Shown here: piece after piece, positions 1-13,168 of the stretch
Layout: each line of letters opens with the position of its first letter
How positions within the stretch are numbered: position 1 is the stretch's first letter
DNA from: Flectonema sp. DT1601
Taxonomy: Eukaryota
NCBI GenBank assembly: GCA_964019425.1
Contig: OZ025796.1
Span: 372,001-436,000, forward strand
Direction: 5' to 3'
Length of the DNA: 64,000 nucleotides
Translations under genes and position numbers: made by a program
Notes under the pieces: model-generated
Databases searched by the model: none
What the model was told of the DNA's origin: nothing
Seen by the model: only the letters and a program-made list of their open reading frames with translations

Positions 1-745
1 AGTAATCGACATAGTCGATCGATAAAAAAAAAAACAATGATAACATTGTTTATTCCTTTTTTTTTTTTTTTTTTTTTAACTTTTTATTTATTTCTTAAAG
101 AAAAAACAATCAGTTTAGCGTCTTGACCAGGACGGAAAATAGAAAGTAATCGACATAGTCGATCGATAAAAAAAACAATGATAACATTGTTTATTCCTTT
201 TTTTTTTTTTTTTTTTTATTTATCTTTTTATTTATTTTTTAAAGAAAAAACAATCAGTTTAGCGTCCTGACCAGGACGGAAAATAGAAATTAGTCGACAA
301 AGTCGATCGATAAGAAACAATGATAACATTGTTTATTCATTTTTTTTTTTTTTTTTTTTATATTCTTTTTATTAATTTTTTAAAAAAAAAAAAAACAATC
401 AGTTTAGCGTCTTGACCAGGACGGAAAGTAGACAGTAATCGACAAAGTCGATCGATAAAAAAAAACAATGATAACATTGTTTATTTCTTTTTTTTTTTTT
501 TTTTTTTATATCTTTTATTTATTTTTTAAAAGAATAAACAATCAGTTTAGCGTCTTGACCAGGACGGAAAATAGAAATTAGTCGACAAAGTCGATCGATA
601 AGAAACAATGATAACATTGTTTATTCATTTTTTTTTTTTATTTTTTAAAGAAAAAAAATCAGTTTAGCGTCTTGACCAGGACGGAAAATAGAAATTAGTC
701 GACAAAGTCGATCGATAAAAAAAAACAATGATAGCATTGTTTATT

Positions 746-779
<34 letters not shown>

Positions 780-1291
780 TCTTTTATTTATTTTTAAAGA
801 AAAAACAATCAGTTTAGCGTCTTGACCAGGACGGAAAATAGAAATTAGTCGACAAAGTCGATCGATAAGAAACAATGATAACATTGTTTATTCTTTTTTT
901 TTTATTTTTTTTTTTTATATTCTTTTTATTTATTTTTTAAAGAAAAAGAAAACGGAAAATAGAAATTAGTCGACAGAGTCGATCGATAAAAAAACAATGA
1001 TAACATTGTTTATTCTTTTTTTTTTTTTTTTTTTTTTATTCTTTTTATTTATTTTTAGAAAAACAATCAGTTTAGCGTCTTGACCAGGACGGAAAATAGA
1101 AATTAATCGACATAGTCGATCGATAAAAAAAAACAATGATAACATTGTTTATTCCCTTTTTTTTTTTTTTTTTTTTTTATTCTTTTTAATTATTTTTAGA
1201 AAAAACAATCAGTTTAGCGTCTTGACCAGGACGGAAAATAGAAATTAGTCGACAAAGCCGATCGATAAAAACAATGATAACATTGTTTATT

Positions 1292-1325
<34 letters not shown>

Positions 1326-3285
1326 TTTTTTTTTAATTTATTTTTAAAGAAGAAACAATCAATTTAGCGTCTTGACCAGGACGGAAAATAGAAAGTAATC
1401 GACATAGTCGATCGATAAAAAAACAATGATAACATTGTTTATTCTTTTTTTTTTTTTTTTTTTTAAATTCTTTTTTATTTATTTTTAAAGAAAAAAACGG
1501 AAAATAGAAATTAGTCGACAAGGTCGAACGATAAAAAAAACAATGATAACATTGTTTAATCTTTTTTTTTATTTTTTTTTTATTTTTTTTTTATTTTTTT
1601 TTTATTTTTTTTTTTATATTCTTTTTTATTAATTTTGAAAAAAACAATCAGTTTAGCGTCTTGACCAGGACGGAAAATAGAAAGTAATCGACATAGTCGA
1701 TCGATAAAAAAACAATGATAACATTGTTTATTCTTTTTTTTTTTTTTTTTTTTTTAAATTCTTTTTTATTTATTTTTAAAGAAAAACGGAAAATAGAAAT
1801 TAGTCGACAAGGTCGAACGATAAAAAAAACAATGATAACATTGTTTAATCTTTTTTTTTTATTTTTTTTTTATATTCTTTTTTATTAATTTTGAAAAAAA
1901 CAATCAGTTTAGACCAGGACGGAAAATAGAAAGTAATCGACATAGTCGATCGATAAAAAAACAATGATAACATTGTTTATTCTTTTTTTTTTTTTATTTT
2001 TTTTTTTTTATATTTTTTTTTTAATTTTGAAAAAAAAAAAACAATCAGTTTAGCGTCTTGACCAGGACGGAAAATAGAAAGTGATCGACATAGTCGATCG
2101 ATAAAAAAACAATGATAACATTGTTTATTCTTTTTTTTGTTTTTTAAATTCTTTTTATTTATTTTTAAAGAAAAAAAACGGAAAATAGAAATTAGTCGAC
2201 AAAGTCGAACGATAGAAAAAATAATGATAACATTGTTTATTCTTTTTTTTTTTTATTTTTTTTTTTATATTCTTTTTTATTAATTTTGAAAAAAACAATC
2301 AGTTTAGCGTCTTGACCAGGACGGAAAATAGAAAGTAATCGACATAGTCGATCGATAAAAAAACAATGATAACATTGTTTATTCTTTTTTTTTTTTTTTT
2401 TTTAAATTCTTTTTTATTTATTTTTAAAGAAAAAAACGGAAAATAGAAATTAGTCGACAAGGTCGAACGATAAAAAAAACAATGATAACATTGTTTAATC
2501 TTTTTTTTTATTTTTTTTTTAAATTCTTTTTTATTAATTTTGAAAAAAACAATCAGTTTAGCGTCTTGACCAGGACGGAAAATAGAAAGTAATCGACATA
2601 GTCGATCGATAAAAAAACAATGATAACATTGTTTATTCTTTTTTTTTTTTTTTTTTTAAATTCTTTTTATTTATTTTTTAAAGAAAAAAAAAAAAAAAAA
2701 GAAAATAGAAATTAGTCGACAGAGTCGATCGATAAAAAAAACAATGATAACATTGTTTATTCTTTTTTTTTTTTTTATTTTTTTTTTTTTTTATATTCTT
2801 TTTTAATTTTGAAAAAAAAAAACAATCAGTTTAGCGTCTTGACCAGGACGGAAAATAGAAAGTGATCGACATAGTCGATCGATAAAAAAACAATGATAAC
2901 ATTGTTTATTCTTTTTTTGTTTTTTTAAATTCTTTTTATTTATTTTTAAAGAAAAAAAAAACGGAAAATAGAAATTAGTCGACAAAGTCGAACGATAGAA
3001 AAAATAATGATAACATTGTTTATTCTTTTTTTTTTTTATTTTTTTTTTTATATTCTTTTTTATTAATTTTGAAAAAAAACAATCAGTTTAGCGTCTTGAC
3101 CAGGACGGAAAATAGAAAGTAATCGACATAGTCGATCGATAAAAAAACAATGATAACATTGTTTAATCTTTTTTTTTTTTTTTTTAAATTCTTTTTATTT
3201 ATTTTTTAAAGAAAAAAAACGGAAAATAGAAATTAGTCGACAGAGTCGATCGATAAAAAAAAAATGATAACATTGTTTGATCTTT
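1..3285 (-). repeat. Tandem array of ~115-145 bp hairpin-rich units inside the 3' UTR of copy B
   Basis: Recurrent caatcagtttagcgtcttgaccaggacggaaaatagaaa..tcgaca.agtcgatcgataaaaaaacaatgataacattgtttattc followed by a poly(T) tract. Long and short unit types occur. Confidence 0.95.
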
Positions 3286-3535
3286 TATAATTTTTTTTTT
3301 TTTATTTGTTTTATTTGTTTTTAAAAAAAAAAAAAAAAACAAGCGGAATTGATCATAATGGGTGGTAGGGGTTGTTATAACTTCGTTTGAAAATTCTTCT
3401 TTTTTGATTTCTTTTTTTTTTTTTCTTTTTATAGGAGTTAAGATCACTTTCAGGAGACAACACATGAACAAGAGCAGCAAGCAGAGTTGACACTATCAAT
3501 TCAAATTTGAAATACCGGGAATTAATTTACAAGGA

Positions 3536-3630
3536 GGTATCTCAAGTGACTTGGTATCTCTAGCGTGTCGGTATCTCTGGAGTGCTGGTATCTCGTATGT
3601 GCGTTGGTATCTCATGAGTGATGGTATCTC
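3536..3630. repeat. Six GGTATCTC motifs with 9-11 nt variable spacers (copy B 3' UTR)
   Basis: ggtatctc-aagtgactt-ggtatctc-tagcgtgtc-ggtatctc-tggagtgct-ggtatctc-gtatgtgcgtt-ggtatctc-atgagtgat-ggtatctc. Confidence 0.9.
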
Positions 3631-3957
3631 TTGTGCATTAGAAAAACGAAAAAGAATGTCATGACCATGACGGAAGAATTGAGGAATTGAGTTAACATGT
3701 TCAATTTAACTTATTTAAACTTTTTTTTTTTTTTAACAGACCGTAACTATTTGAAAATAAAATGTAGATGGGAAACAGTGAAAAGTAAAATGGATGATAA
3801 AATTAATTGAGAAATATGACATAACAGACCAGATAGAGAGTATTAAAAGGAAAATGAAAAGGAAAAGAGAAACTAGGTTAACACTTATTTAAATTAAGAC
3901 CGGTTAGTCAGTTTAAGGTCCTGACTAGGACCAACAAAAAAGAAAGAAAAAAAATTA

Positions 3958-4358
3958 ACGATCAAGCTGAGCTGATCTTGTTTTTATTACAAATAGGGGA
4001 GCGGGAGGGATGGAAGGAATAGAGGAAAAAAAAAGAAAAGGTTGATCAATTGGATCTGATCGTCGAGAAGAAGAAATTATTTTAAAGGTTGATCGGTATA
4101 GCCGATCGTTGAGAAAAATAAACAGATATAAATACAATCAGTTTAAATTAAAAAAGAAAAAAAAGATTAACGATCAAGCTGAGCTGATCTTGTTTTTATT
4201 TAAATTAGGGGAGCGGGAGGGATGGAAGGAATAAAGGAAAAAAAAAAAAAAAAGGTCGATCAATTTGATCTGATCGTCGAGAAGAAGAAAACAATTATTT
4301 TAAAAAAATGATCGGTATAGCCGATCGTTGAGAAAAGAACAGATATAAATACAATCGG
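3958..4358 (-). repeat. Two copies of a ~215 bp GATC-hairpin repeat (copy B 3' UTR)
   Basis: acgatcaagctgagctgatcttg, ggggagcgggagggatggaagg and gatcggtatagccgatc each occur twice, about 210 bp apart. Confidence 0.88.
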
Positions 4359-4840
4359 TTTTGGTGATCGACGAGTGGAGCGATCACTTGACAAGAAGGA
4401 AAAAGAAAGGACCGATTAATTGGGGCTTTGGTTTTTTTTTTTTTTTTTTTTTATTATTCATTTACATTATTTATTTTTTTTTTTTTTTTTAATTAATAAT
4501 CACATTTTGTTCAAAAATATTTCATATTAGAGTAAAAGAAAAAGAAAAAAAGAAATAAGAGAAAAAAAAAAAAAAAAAAAAACCATTGCTGGCCCCCTCA
4601 CCACTCATAGAGGATGAGGAGGCCAGTAAGGCGTCACTCAAATCTATGCCAAGCCTTGGGAACTTGGATTGGGGTTTAGACCATTTACAATTAACAATTA
4701 ACAATTAACCTGATTAACGTTATGATCTGACGGACATAAAACATATCGATAAAATAATACAAACAAAAACAAACAATAAATAATAAATAAGCTAAAAAAA
4801 CTAAATAAACAAAGTGATGTGAAAGTAAGGAAAAAGAGAA

Positions 4841-5950
4841 TTACAAGGGGGTGGAGTCACCGTGAACGTCATCAGCAGAACATCTCCTTCGATTGTAACG
4901 ATATCTTGATGGAGGGGTTCGTTTTTTCAGAGTTGAACGCTCAGACTTTCTCGGCGGAGTTTCATTTTCCTCATGTTCTTCTGTGTCTGGCGGACTCAAA
5001 CCTTCTGCCCATGAAGCTAATTGGAACTTCAGGGCCGCAATTTGAGACCGTGCCAAGGCGAGTTGAGCATTTAAATCGCTCGCCAGTCCCGTTAACATCA
5101 TGGATTGCTCAAGCTGCTCTGCGTGAGTTGTACACCGTTGGTGATTCAGCTCCGAGAGGCGAAGTTGGGCATCCAGAAGTTGTTCTGAGAGCTCTGCCGC
5201 TTTCTCGTTTGTTTCGAGAGAGTCATCTACTGCTCGACAGTAATTCTCGAGTAAGTCAATCCTACCCTCGGACCATTGTCTCGCAATAGGTGTATTCTCT
5301 TTAACGGAGATAACGTGACTCTCTTGTCGTAAATTCTTGGTCGGCGTGCGGTCGAGAGCTTCACTCTGCGGCATTGTCGGAGGAATTGAGGCTAGAGGAC
5401 AAAGAGGGGTGATATAATTAAGGGTAGGGATAAGGGGTTTAATAAGAGGAGTAAAAAGACTACTCGTAGTTGTAAAGAGCGAGAGGTAGTTCTTTGCTAT
5501 CTTCATCATAGCAACAGATTCATACAAAACGGGGGTTCGGGGGGAAACTTGTTGACTAAAGTGGGTCATGCGGGGACGCGCGGCACGCAAACTCTCGACC
5601 TCCTGTTGAGTATAGAAAAGTCTTATTTTACTTTCTCTTTCCTCATTACATTTGGTCTCCAATTCGTTCGACAGAAGAACAAACCTTTGATGGTAATTAA
5701 AGAGCGCCATTTCCGATAGGTCTGCTCTCTGAGTCAGATTTGCGAGCTCACGTTTCCTGTAATCTTCCACTAAGTCATATTGTCGAACTAGTGCAGAAAG
5801 AGAAGTCTTCGATTCATCGCGTTCTGCTGTTAACCGTTGAATTACTCCTTCCAGAAGTTCATATTCTTTTCTATCTTTTTCAATAATTAAAACAGGGGGC
5901 GCAGGAGGAAGTGAGGATGGATCCTGATTGGTAACTTTGATCTCAACAGG
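4841..5950 (-). pseudogene. C-terminal fragment of the retrotransposon polyprotein (copy B, severed by copy C)
   Basis: The translation matches the last ~370 aa of the copy A ORF (ending DDVHGDSTPL). Confidence 0.9.
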
Positions 5951-8386
5951 AAAGCGGTTACAAACACCCTCCCCTCACAAGATAATTTAAAGAGGTGGAA
6001 CATCACCAATGTGGACCAAAATTGTGTTTTGTGTGGCAAAGTGAATCCTACCCTCAGGCATGTCTTAACAGGCTGTCCTGTCTCTTTAACACAAGGGAGG
6101 TTCACGTGGCGTCACGACAGCGTTCTAAAACGCATTGTTATCTTCTTGGAAGAGTTGATAATAAAAGCCAACAAAAGAAAAGAAAACCTCCCGCCTCCCT
6201 CTCAAACTTTTTTAAAAACAGGGGAAAATAAACCCCTAGAAAGAATTTCTAAAGAGACAGGCGAACTTTCACTAGCGAATGATTGGGTCATCCTCGACGA
6301 TGTCGGTGATAACCGCCTAATTGTTCCTCTTGAAGTGTGCCATGTCTCGTCCTCTCTAAGACCAGACATTTTTATTTATTCTTTTTTTGCGAAAAGAGCA
6401 CTGATTCTGGAGCTGACGTGTCCAAATGAAGATCGTTTCGAAACCTCTCATGTCTTAAAGGAAAAGAAATACCTAAAGCTAAGAGACTCGATCATCGCTA
6501 ATGGCTTCGACTGTAACATTTTTACTATTGAAGTTGGCGTACGAGGAAACATCTGCATGGACCAGCTGAACATCTGGACACGTCACATCGGTTCACCTTT
6601 AGCACCAACAAAAGCTTTATTTTGTGAATGCACCAGAATCGCCAGACAGTGCTCATATGTTCTGTTCCAGACGAGGAACCTCCCCACGTGGCATTCAAGA
6701 CCACTAATGCGCAGCATTAAAGAAGAACCTGCCACTGCAAGTTTTATAAAAGATGGTAAAGAAATCTTCCCTGTGGAAGAAGTCAAAATCCACAAAGTAA
6801 CAAAACTGAAAACGATCGAAAAGCTCACCATTGAAAGATCGTGGCTTGAGAAATGTTTTATCTGGCAAACTTGTTACGCATCGGCTCTTTCTATTCTACT
6901 TATTGCCAATGGTTCTTCCTCCCCGGCCCCTTCTGTTTTGTTAGATGAGGATGAGCTCACTGGACTCTCCTTGTCATTCTCTTCTATTTCTTCCATCTCT
7001 TTCCAGACTCCCCCACCTGAACTCATGTCAACGGGATCGCAAACACTTCCTGCTGATTTCGCTATAGTGATAAGAACTCAATCTGACATGGGTTCTCAAA
7101 CCCCCTTGTACAAAAAAAAAGAAAGAAAATTAAGGCTGAAACTTTCCTTGAAATGCCAGATTTTAGAAAACGAATTAGAGCAAATGAAAGAACGAATTTT
7201 TTATGTTCTATTTTTATTTTACTTTAATGCGATGTCAGCCTCCCTCGAGAAAGACAAGCAGTTACTAAATGGATTACCTGTTGAGATCAAAGCTACCAAC
7301 CAGGATCCATCCTCACTTCCTCCTGCGCCCCCTGTTTTAATTATTGAAAAAGATAGAAAAGAATATGAACTTCTGGAAGGAGTAATTCAACGGTTAACAG
7401 CAGAACGCGATGAATCGAAGACTTCTCTTTCTGCACTAGTTCGACAATATGACTTAGTGGAAGATTACAGGAAACGTGAGCTCGCAAATCTGACTCAGAG
7501 AGCAGACCTATCGGAAATGGCGCTCTTTAATTACCATCAAAGGTTTGTTCTTCTGTCGAACGAATTGGAGACCAAATGTAATGAGGAAAGAGAAAGTAAA
7601 ATAAGACTTTTCTATACTCAACAGGAGGTCGAGAGTTTGCGTGCCGCGCGTCCCCGTATGACCCACTTTAGTCAACAAGTTTCCCCCCGAACCCCCGTTC
7701 TGTATGAATCTGTTGCTATGATGAAGATAGCAAAGAACTACCTCTCGCTCTTTACAACTACGAGTAGTCTTTTTACTCCTCTTATTAAACCCCTTATCCC
7801 TACCCTTAATTATATCACCCCTCTTTGTCCTCTAGCCTCAATTCCTCCGACAATGCCGCAGAGTGAAGCTCTCGACCGCACGCCGACCAAGATTTTACGA
7901 CAAGAGAGTCACGTTATCTCCGTTAAAGAGAATACACCTATTGCGAGACAATGGTCCGAGGGTAGGATTGACTTACTCGAGAACTACTGTCGAGCAGTAG
8001 ATGACTCTCTCGAAACAAACGAGAAAGCGGCAGAGCTCTCAGAACAACTTCTGGATGCCCAACTTCGCCTCTCGGAGCTGAATCACCAACGGTGTACAAC
8101 TCACGCAGAGCAGCTTGAGCAATCCATGATGTTAACGGGACTGGCGAGCGATTTAAATGCTCAACTCGCCTTGGCACGGTCTCAAATTGCGGCCCTGAAG
8201 TTCCAATTAGCTTCATGGGCAGAAGGTTTGAGTCCGCCAGACACAGAAGAACATGAGGAAAATGAAACTCCGCCGAGAAAGTCTGAGCGTTCAACTCTGA
8301 AAAAACGAACCCCTCCATCAAGATATCGTTACAATCGAAGGAGATGTTCTGCTGATGACGTTCACGGTGACTCCACCCCCTTGTAA
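5951..8386 (+). pseudogene. 5'-truncated retrotransposon ORF (CCHC knuckle, restriction-like endonuclease, C-terminal extension; no RT)
   Basis: Open frame KAVTNTL...CVLCGKVNPTLRHVLTGC...RHDSVL...RPDIFIYS...ILELTCP, nearly identical to copy A. Confidence 0.9.
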
Positions 8387-8881
8387 TTCTCTTTTTCCTT
8401 ACTTTCACATCACTTTGTTTAGTTAGTTTTTTAGCTTATTTATTATTTATTGTTCGTTTTTGTTTGTATTATTTTATCGATATGTTTATGTCCGTCAGAT
8501 CATAACGTTAATCAGGTTAATTGTTAATTGTTAATTATAAATGGTCTAAACCCCAATCCAAGTTCCCAAGGCTTGGCATAGATTTGAGTGACGCCTTACT
8601 GGCCTCCTCATCCTCTATGAGTGGTGAGGGGGCCAGCAATGGTTTTTTTTTTTTTTTTTTTTCTCTTATTTCTTTTTTTCTTTTTCTTTTACTCTAATAT
8701 GAAATATTTTTGAACAAAATGTGATTATTAATTTAAAAAAAAAAAAAAAAAATAATAATGTAAATGAATAATAAAAAAAAAAAAAAAAAAAACATGCCTT
8801 GGGAATACAATCAAAGCCCCAATTAATCGGTCCTTTCTTTTTCCTTCTTGTCAAGTGATCGCTCCACTCGTCGATCACCAA

Positions 8882-9505
8882 AACCGATTGTATTTATATC
8901 TGTTCTTTTCTCAACGATCGGCTATACCGACCATTTTTTTTTTATAAATAATTGTTTTCTTCTTCTCGACGATCAGATCCAATTGATCGACCTTTTTTTT
9001 TTTTTTTTTTCCTTTATTCCTTCCATCCCTCCCGCTCCCCTAATTTTAAATAAAAACAAGATCAGCTCAGCTTGATCGTTAATCTTTTTTTCTTTTTTTA
9101 ATTTAAACTGATTGTATTTATATCTGTTTATTTTTCTCGACGATCGGCTATACCGATCAACCTTTAAAATAATTTCTTCTTCTCGACGATCAGATCCAAT
9201 TGATCAACCTTTTCTTTTTTTTTCCTCTATTCCTTCCATCCCTCCCGCTCCCCTATTTGTAATAAAAACAAGATCAGCTCAGCTTGATCGTTAATCTTTT
9301 TTTCTTTTTTTAATTTAAACTGATTGTATTTATATCTGTTTATTTTTCTCAACGATCGGCTATACCGATCAACCTTTAAAAAAATTTCCTCTTCTCGACG
9401 ATCAGATCCAATTGATCAACCTTTTCTTTTTTTTTTCCTCTATTCCTTCCATCCCTCCCGCTCCCCTATTTGTAATAAAAACAAGATCAGCTCAGCTTGA
9501 TCGTT
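8882..9505 (+). repeat. Three copies of the ~215 bp GATC-hairpin repeat (copy C 3' UTR)
   Basis: gattgtatttatatctg recurs near 8887, 9110 and 9322. Confidence 0.88.
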
Positions 9506-9835
9506 AAATTTTTTTTTCTTTCTTTTTTGTTGGTCCTAGTCAAGACCTTAAACTGACTAACCGGTCTTAATTTTAAATAAGTGTTAACCTAGTTTCTCTT
9601 TTCCTTTTCAATTTCCTTTTAATACTCTCTATCTGGTCTGTTATGTCATATTTCTCATTTAATTTTATCATCCATTTTACTTTTCACTGTTTCCCATCTA
9701 CATTTTATTTTCAAATAGTTACGGTCTGTTAAAAAAAAAAAAAAAGTTTAAATAAGTTAAATTGAACATGTTAACTCAATTCCTCAATTCTTCCGTCATG
9801 GTCATGACATTCTTTTTCGTTTCTCTAATGCACAA

Positions 9836-9930
9836 GAGATACCATCACTCATGAGATACCAACGCACATACGAGATACCAGCACTCCAGAGATACCGACA
9901 CGCTAGAGATACCAAGTCACTTGAGATACC
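9836..9930. repeat. Six GAGATACC motifs (reverse complement of the GGTATCTC ladder), copy C
   Basis: Direct reading; the spacers match those at 3536-3630. Confidence 0.9.
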
Positions 9931-10177
9931 TCCTTGTAAATTAATTCCCGGTATTTCAAATTTGAATTGATAGTGTCAACTCTGCTTGCTGCTCTTGTTA
10001 ATGTGTTGTCTCCTGAAAGTGATCTTAACTCCTGTAAAAAGAAAAAAAAAAAGAAATCAAAAAAGAAGAATTTTCAAACGAAGTTATAACAACCCCTACC
10101 ACCCATTATGATCAATTCCGCTTGTTTTTTTTTTTTTTTTTTAAAACAAAAAAAAAAATAAAAAATTATAAAAGATT

Positions 10178-11215
10178 AAACAATGTTATCATTGTATTTT
10201 TATCGATCGACTATGTCGATTACTTTCTATTTTCCGTCCTGGTCAAGACGCTAAACTGATTGTTTTTTTTTTTTTTTCAAAATTAATAAAAAAGAATATA
10301 AAAAAAAAAATAAAAAAAAGAATAAACAATGTTATCATTGTTTTTTTATCGTTCGACTTTGTCGACTAATTTCTATTCTCCGTTTTTTTCTTAAAAAATA
10401 AATAAAAAGAATTTAAAAAAAAAAAAAAAAAAAAAAGAATAAACAATGTTATCATTGTTTTTTTATCGATCGACTATGTCGATTACTTTCTATTTTCCGT
10501 TTTTTTCTTTAAAAATAAATAAAAAGAATAAAAAAAAAAAAAAAAGGAATAAACAATGTTATCATTGTTTTTATTTTATCGATCGACTATGTCGATTACT
10601 TTCTATTTTCCGTCCTGGTCAAGACGCTAAACTGATTGTTTTTTCTTTAAAAAATAAAAAGAAGGATTTAAAAAAAAGAAGAAAAAAAAAAAAAAGAATA
10701 AACAATGTTATCATTGTTTTTTTATCGATCGACTATGTCGATCACTTTCTATTTTTCGTCCTGGTCAAGACGCTAAACTGATTGTTTTTTCTTTAAAAAT
10801 AATAAAAAGGATTTAAAAAAAAAAAAAAAAAAAAAAAGAATAAACAATGTTATCATTGTTTTTTTATCGATCGACTATGTCGATCACTTTCTATTTTCCG
10901 TCCTGGTCAAGACGCAAAACTGATTGTTTTTTTTTCAAAATTAATAAAAAAGAATACAAAAAAAAATAAAAAAAAAAAGAATAAACAATGTTATCATTGT
11001 TTTTTTTTTTATCGTTCGACGTTGTTGACTAATTTCTATTTTCCGTTTTTTTTTTTTCTTTTTAAAAAATAAATAAAAAGATTTAAAAAAAAAAAAAAAA
11101 AGAATAAACAATGTTATCATTGTTTTTTTTATCGATCGACTATGTCGATTACTTTCTATTTTCCGTCCTGGTCAAGACGCTAAACTGATTGTTTTTTCTT
11201 TAAAAAAAAAAAAAG

Positions 11216-11252
<37 letters not shown>

Positions 11253-12026
11253 ATAAACAATGTTATCATTGTTTTTTTTTTATCGATCGACTATGTCGAT
11301 CACTTTCTATTTTCCGTCCTGGTCAAGACGCTAAACTGATTGTTTTTTTTTTCAAAATTAATAAAAAAGAATATAAAAAAAAAAATAAAAAAAAAAGAAT
11401 AAACAATGTTATCATTGTTTTTTTTTTTATCGTTCGACTTTGTTGACTAATTTCTATTTTCCGTTTTTTTTCTTTTTAAAATAAAAAGAATTTAAAAAAA
11501 AAAAAAAAAAAGAGTAAACAATGTTATCATTGTTTTTTTTATCGATCGACTATGTCGATTACTTTCTATTTTCCGTCCTGGTCAAGACGCTAAACTGATT
11601 GTTTTTTTTTCAAAATTAATAAAAAAGAATATAAAAAAAAACAAAAAAAAAAAGAATAAACAATGTTATCATTGTTTTTTTTTATCGTTCGACTTTGTCG
11701 ACTAATTTTTATTTTCCGTTTTTTTTCTTTAAAAATAAATAAAAAGAATTTAAAAAAAAAAAAAAAAAAAGAATAAACAATGTTATCATTGTTTTTTTAT
11801 CGATCGACTATGTCGATCACTTTCTATTTTCCGTCCTGGTCAAGACGCTAAACTGATTGTTTTTTCTTTAAAATAATAAAAAGGATTAAAAAAAAAAAAA
11901 AAAAAAAAAAAGAATAAACAATGTTATCATTGTTTTTTATCGATCGACTATGTCGATCACTTTCTATTTTCCGTCCTGGTCAAGACGCTAAACTGATTGT
12001 TTTTTCTTTAAAAAATAATTAAAAGG

Positions 12027-12057
<31 letters not shown>

Positions 12058-12449
12058 ATAAACAATGTTATCATTGTTTTTTTATCGATCGACTATGTCG
12101 ATCACTTTCAATTTTCCGTCCTGGTCAGGACGCTAAACTGATTGTTTTTTCTTTAAAAATAAATAAAAAGAATAAAAAAAAAGAAAAAAAAAAGGAATAA
12201 ACAATGTTATCATTGTTTTTTTTTTATCGATCGACTATGTCGATTACTTTCTATTTTCCGTCCTGGTCAGGACGCTAAACTGATTGTTTTTTCTTTAAAA
12301 ATAAATAAAAAGAATAAAAAAAAAAGAAAAAAAAAAGGAATAAACAATGTTATCATTGTTTTTTATCGATCGACTATGTCGATCACTTTCTATTTTCCGT
12401 CCTGGTCAAGACGCTAAACTGATTGTTTTTTCTTTAAAATAATTAAAAG

Positions 12450-12482
<33 letters not shown>

Positions 12483-12718
12483 ATAAACAATGTTATCATT
12501 GTCTTTTTTCTATCGATCGACTATGTGGATCACTTTCAATTTTCCGTCCTGGTCAGGACGCTAAACTGATTGTTTTTTCTTTAAAAATAAATAAAAAGAA
12601 TAAAAAAAAAAAAAAAAAAAAGGAATAAACAATGTTATCATTGTTTTTTTTCTATCGATCGACTATGTCGATTAATTTCTATTTTCCGTCCTGATCGAGA
12701 CGCTAAACTGATTGTTTC
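10178..12718 (+). repeat. Tandem hairpin-unit array in the copy C 3' UTR (~2.5 kb)
   Basis: Reverse complement of the 1-3285 unit: aaacaatgttatcattgttt..atcgatcgactatgtcgat..ccgtcctggtcaagacgctaaactgattg plus A-tracts. Confidence 0.95.
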
Positions 12719-12735
12719 CTTTTTTTAAATAATAA

Positions 12736-12772
<37 letters not shown>

Positions 12773-13168
12773 ATCTCCCTGCTATCCTCATATCCCCACA
12801 ATAATATTATACCTTTTCATTTTCTCTTTCCTTTTCTGGTCTTTTTTTTTTCTTTTTTTCCTTTTTCATACAACGTTTTTTATTTATATTTTATTTTTTT
12901 TTTTTTTTTTCATGTTTGATTATTTCCTCTTCATATTTTTTTTCTATTCTTTCTTTTTTTTTTTTTTTTTTTTTTTCTCTACCTCTCTCTTAATTCTGTT
13001 CGTTTCTTTGAAACGAAAATTCATTTGAATATTATTCCTTGGTCAGCAACCATCATTGTCGCCCTTTGGGCCTGTTAAAAAAAAAAAAAAAATAAAAAGA
13101 AAGTTTACGTCGGGAATAGGGCAGGAGCCAAAAGCTCCCAGTCCGTTACTTCCCACTTATCGAAATTC

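Larger units (their letters stand above)
1..5950 (-). mobile_element. Non-LTR retrotransposon copy B, 3' half (end of ORF plus long 3' UTR, running off the left edge)
   Basis: Near-identical to copy A from ~23177 leftward through its 3' UTR, same orientation. It ends at ...gatctcaacagg (5950), and the continuation aatccatttagt resumes at 13169. Confidence 0.93.
5951..13168 (+). mobile_element. Non-LTR retrotransposon copy C, 5'-truncated, inverted, inserted into the ORF of copy B
   Basis: Starts at aaagcggttacaaac (reverse complement of copy A ~24503). It contains the CCHC/RLE/C-terminal coding part, all 3' UTR modules and an A-tract at 13077-13092. The flanks rejoin copy B with one T missing. 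The exact 3' end is uncertain (12859-13168 has no match elsewhere in the window). Confidence 0.88.

Noticed and set aside
1..3285. Hairpin array as a CRISPR array
   Set aside because: The context is eukaryotic, the spacers are only variable homopolymers, and there are no cas-like genes.
10178..12718. Array unit as a spliced-leader RNA, tRNA, 5S gene or hammerhead ribozyme
   Set aside because: No spliced-leader exon with GT donor and no cloverleaf were seen. ctgattg does not fit the CUGANGA hammerhead core.
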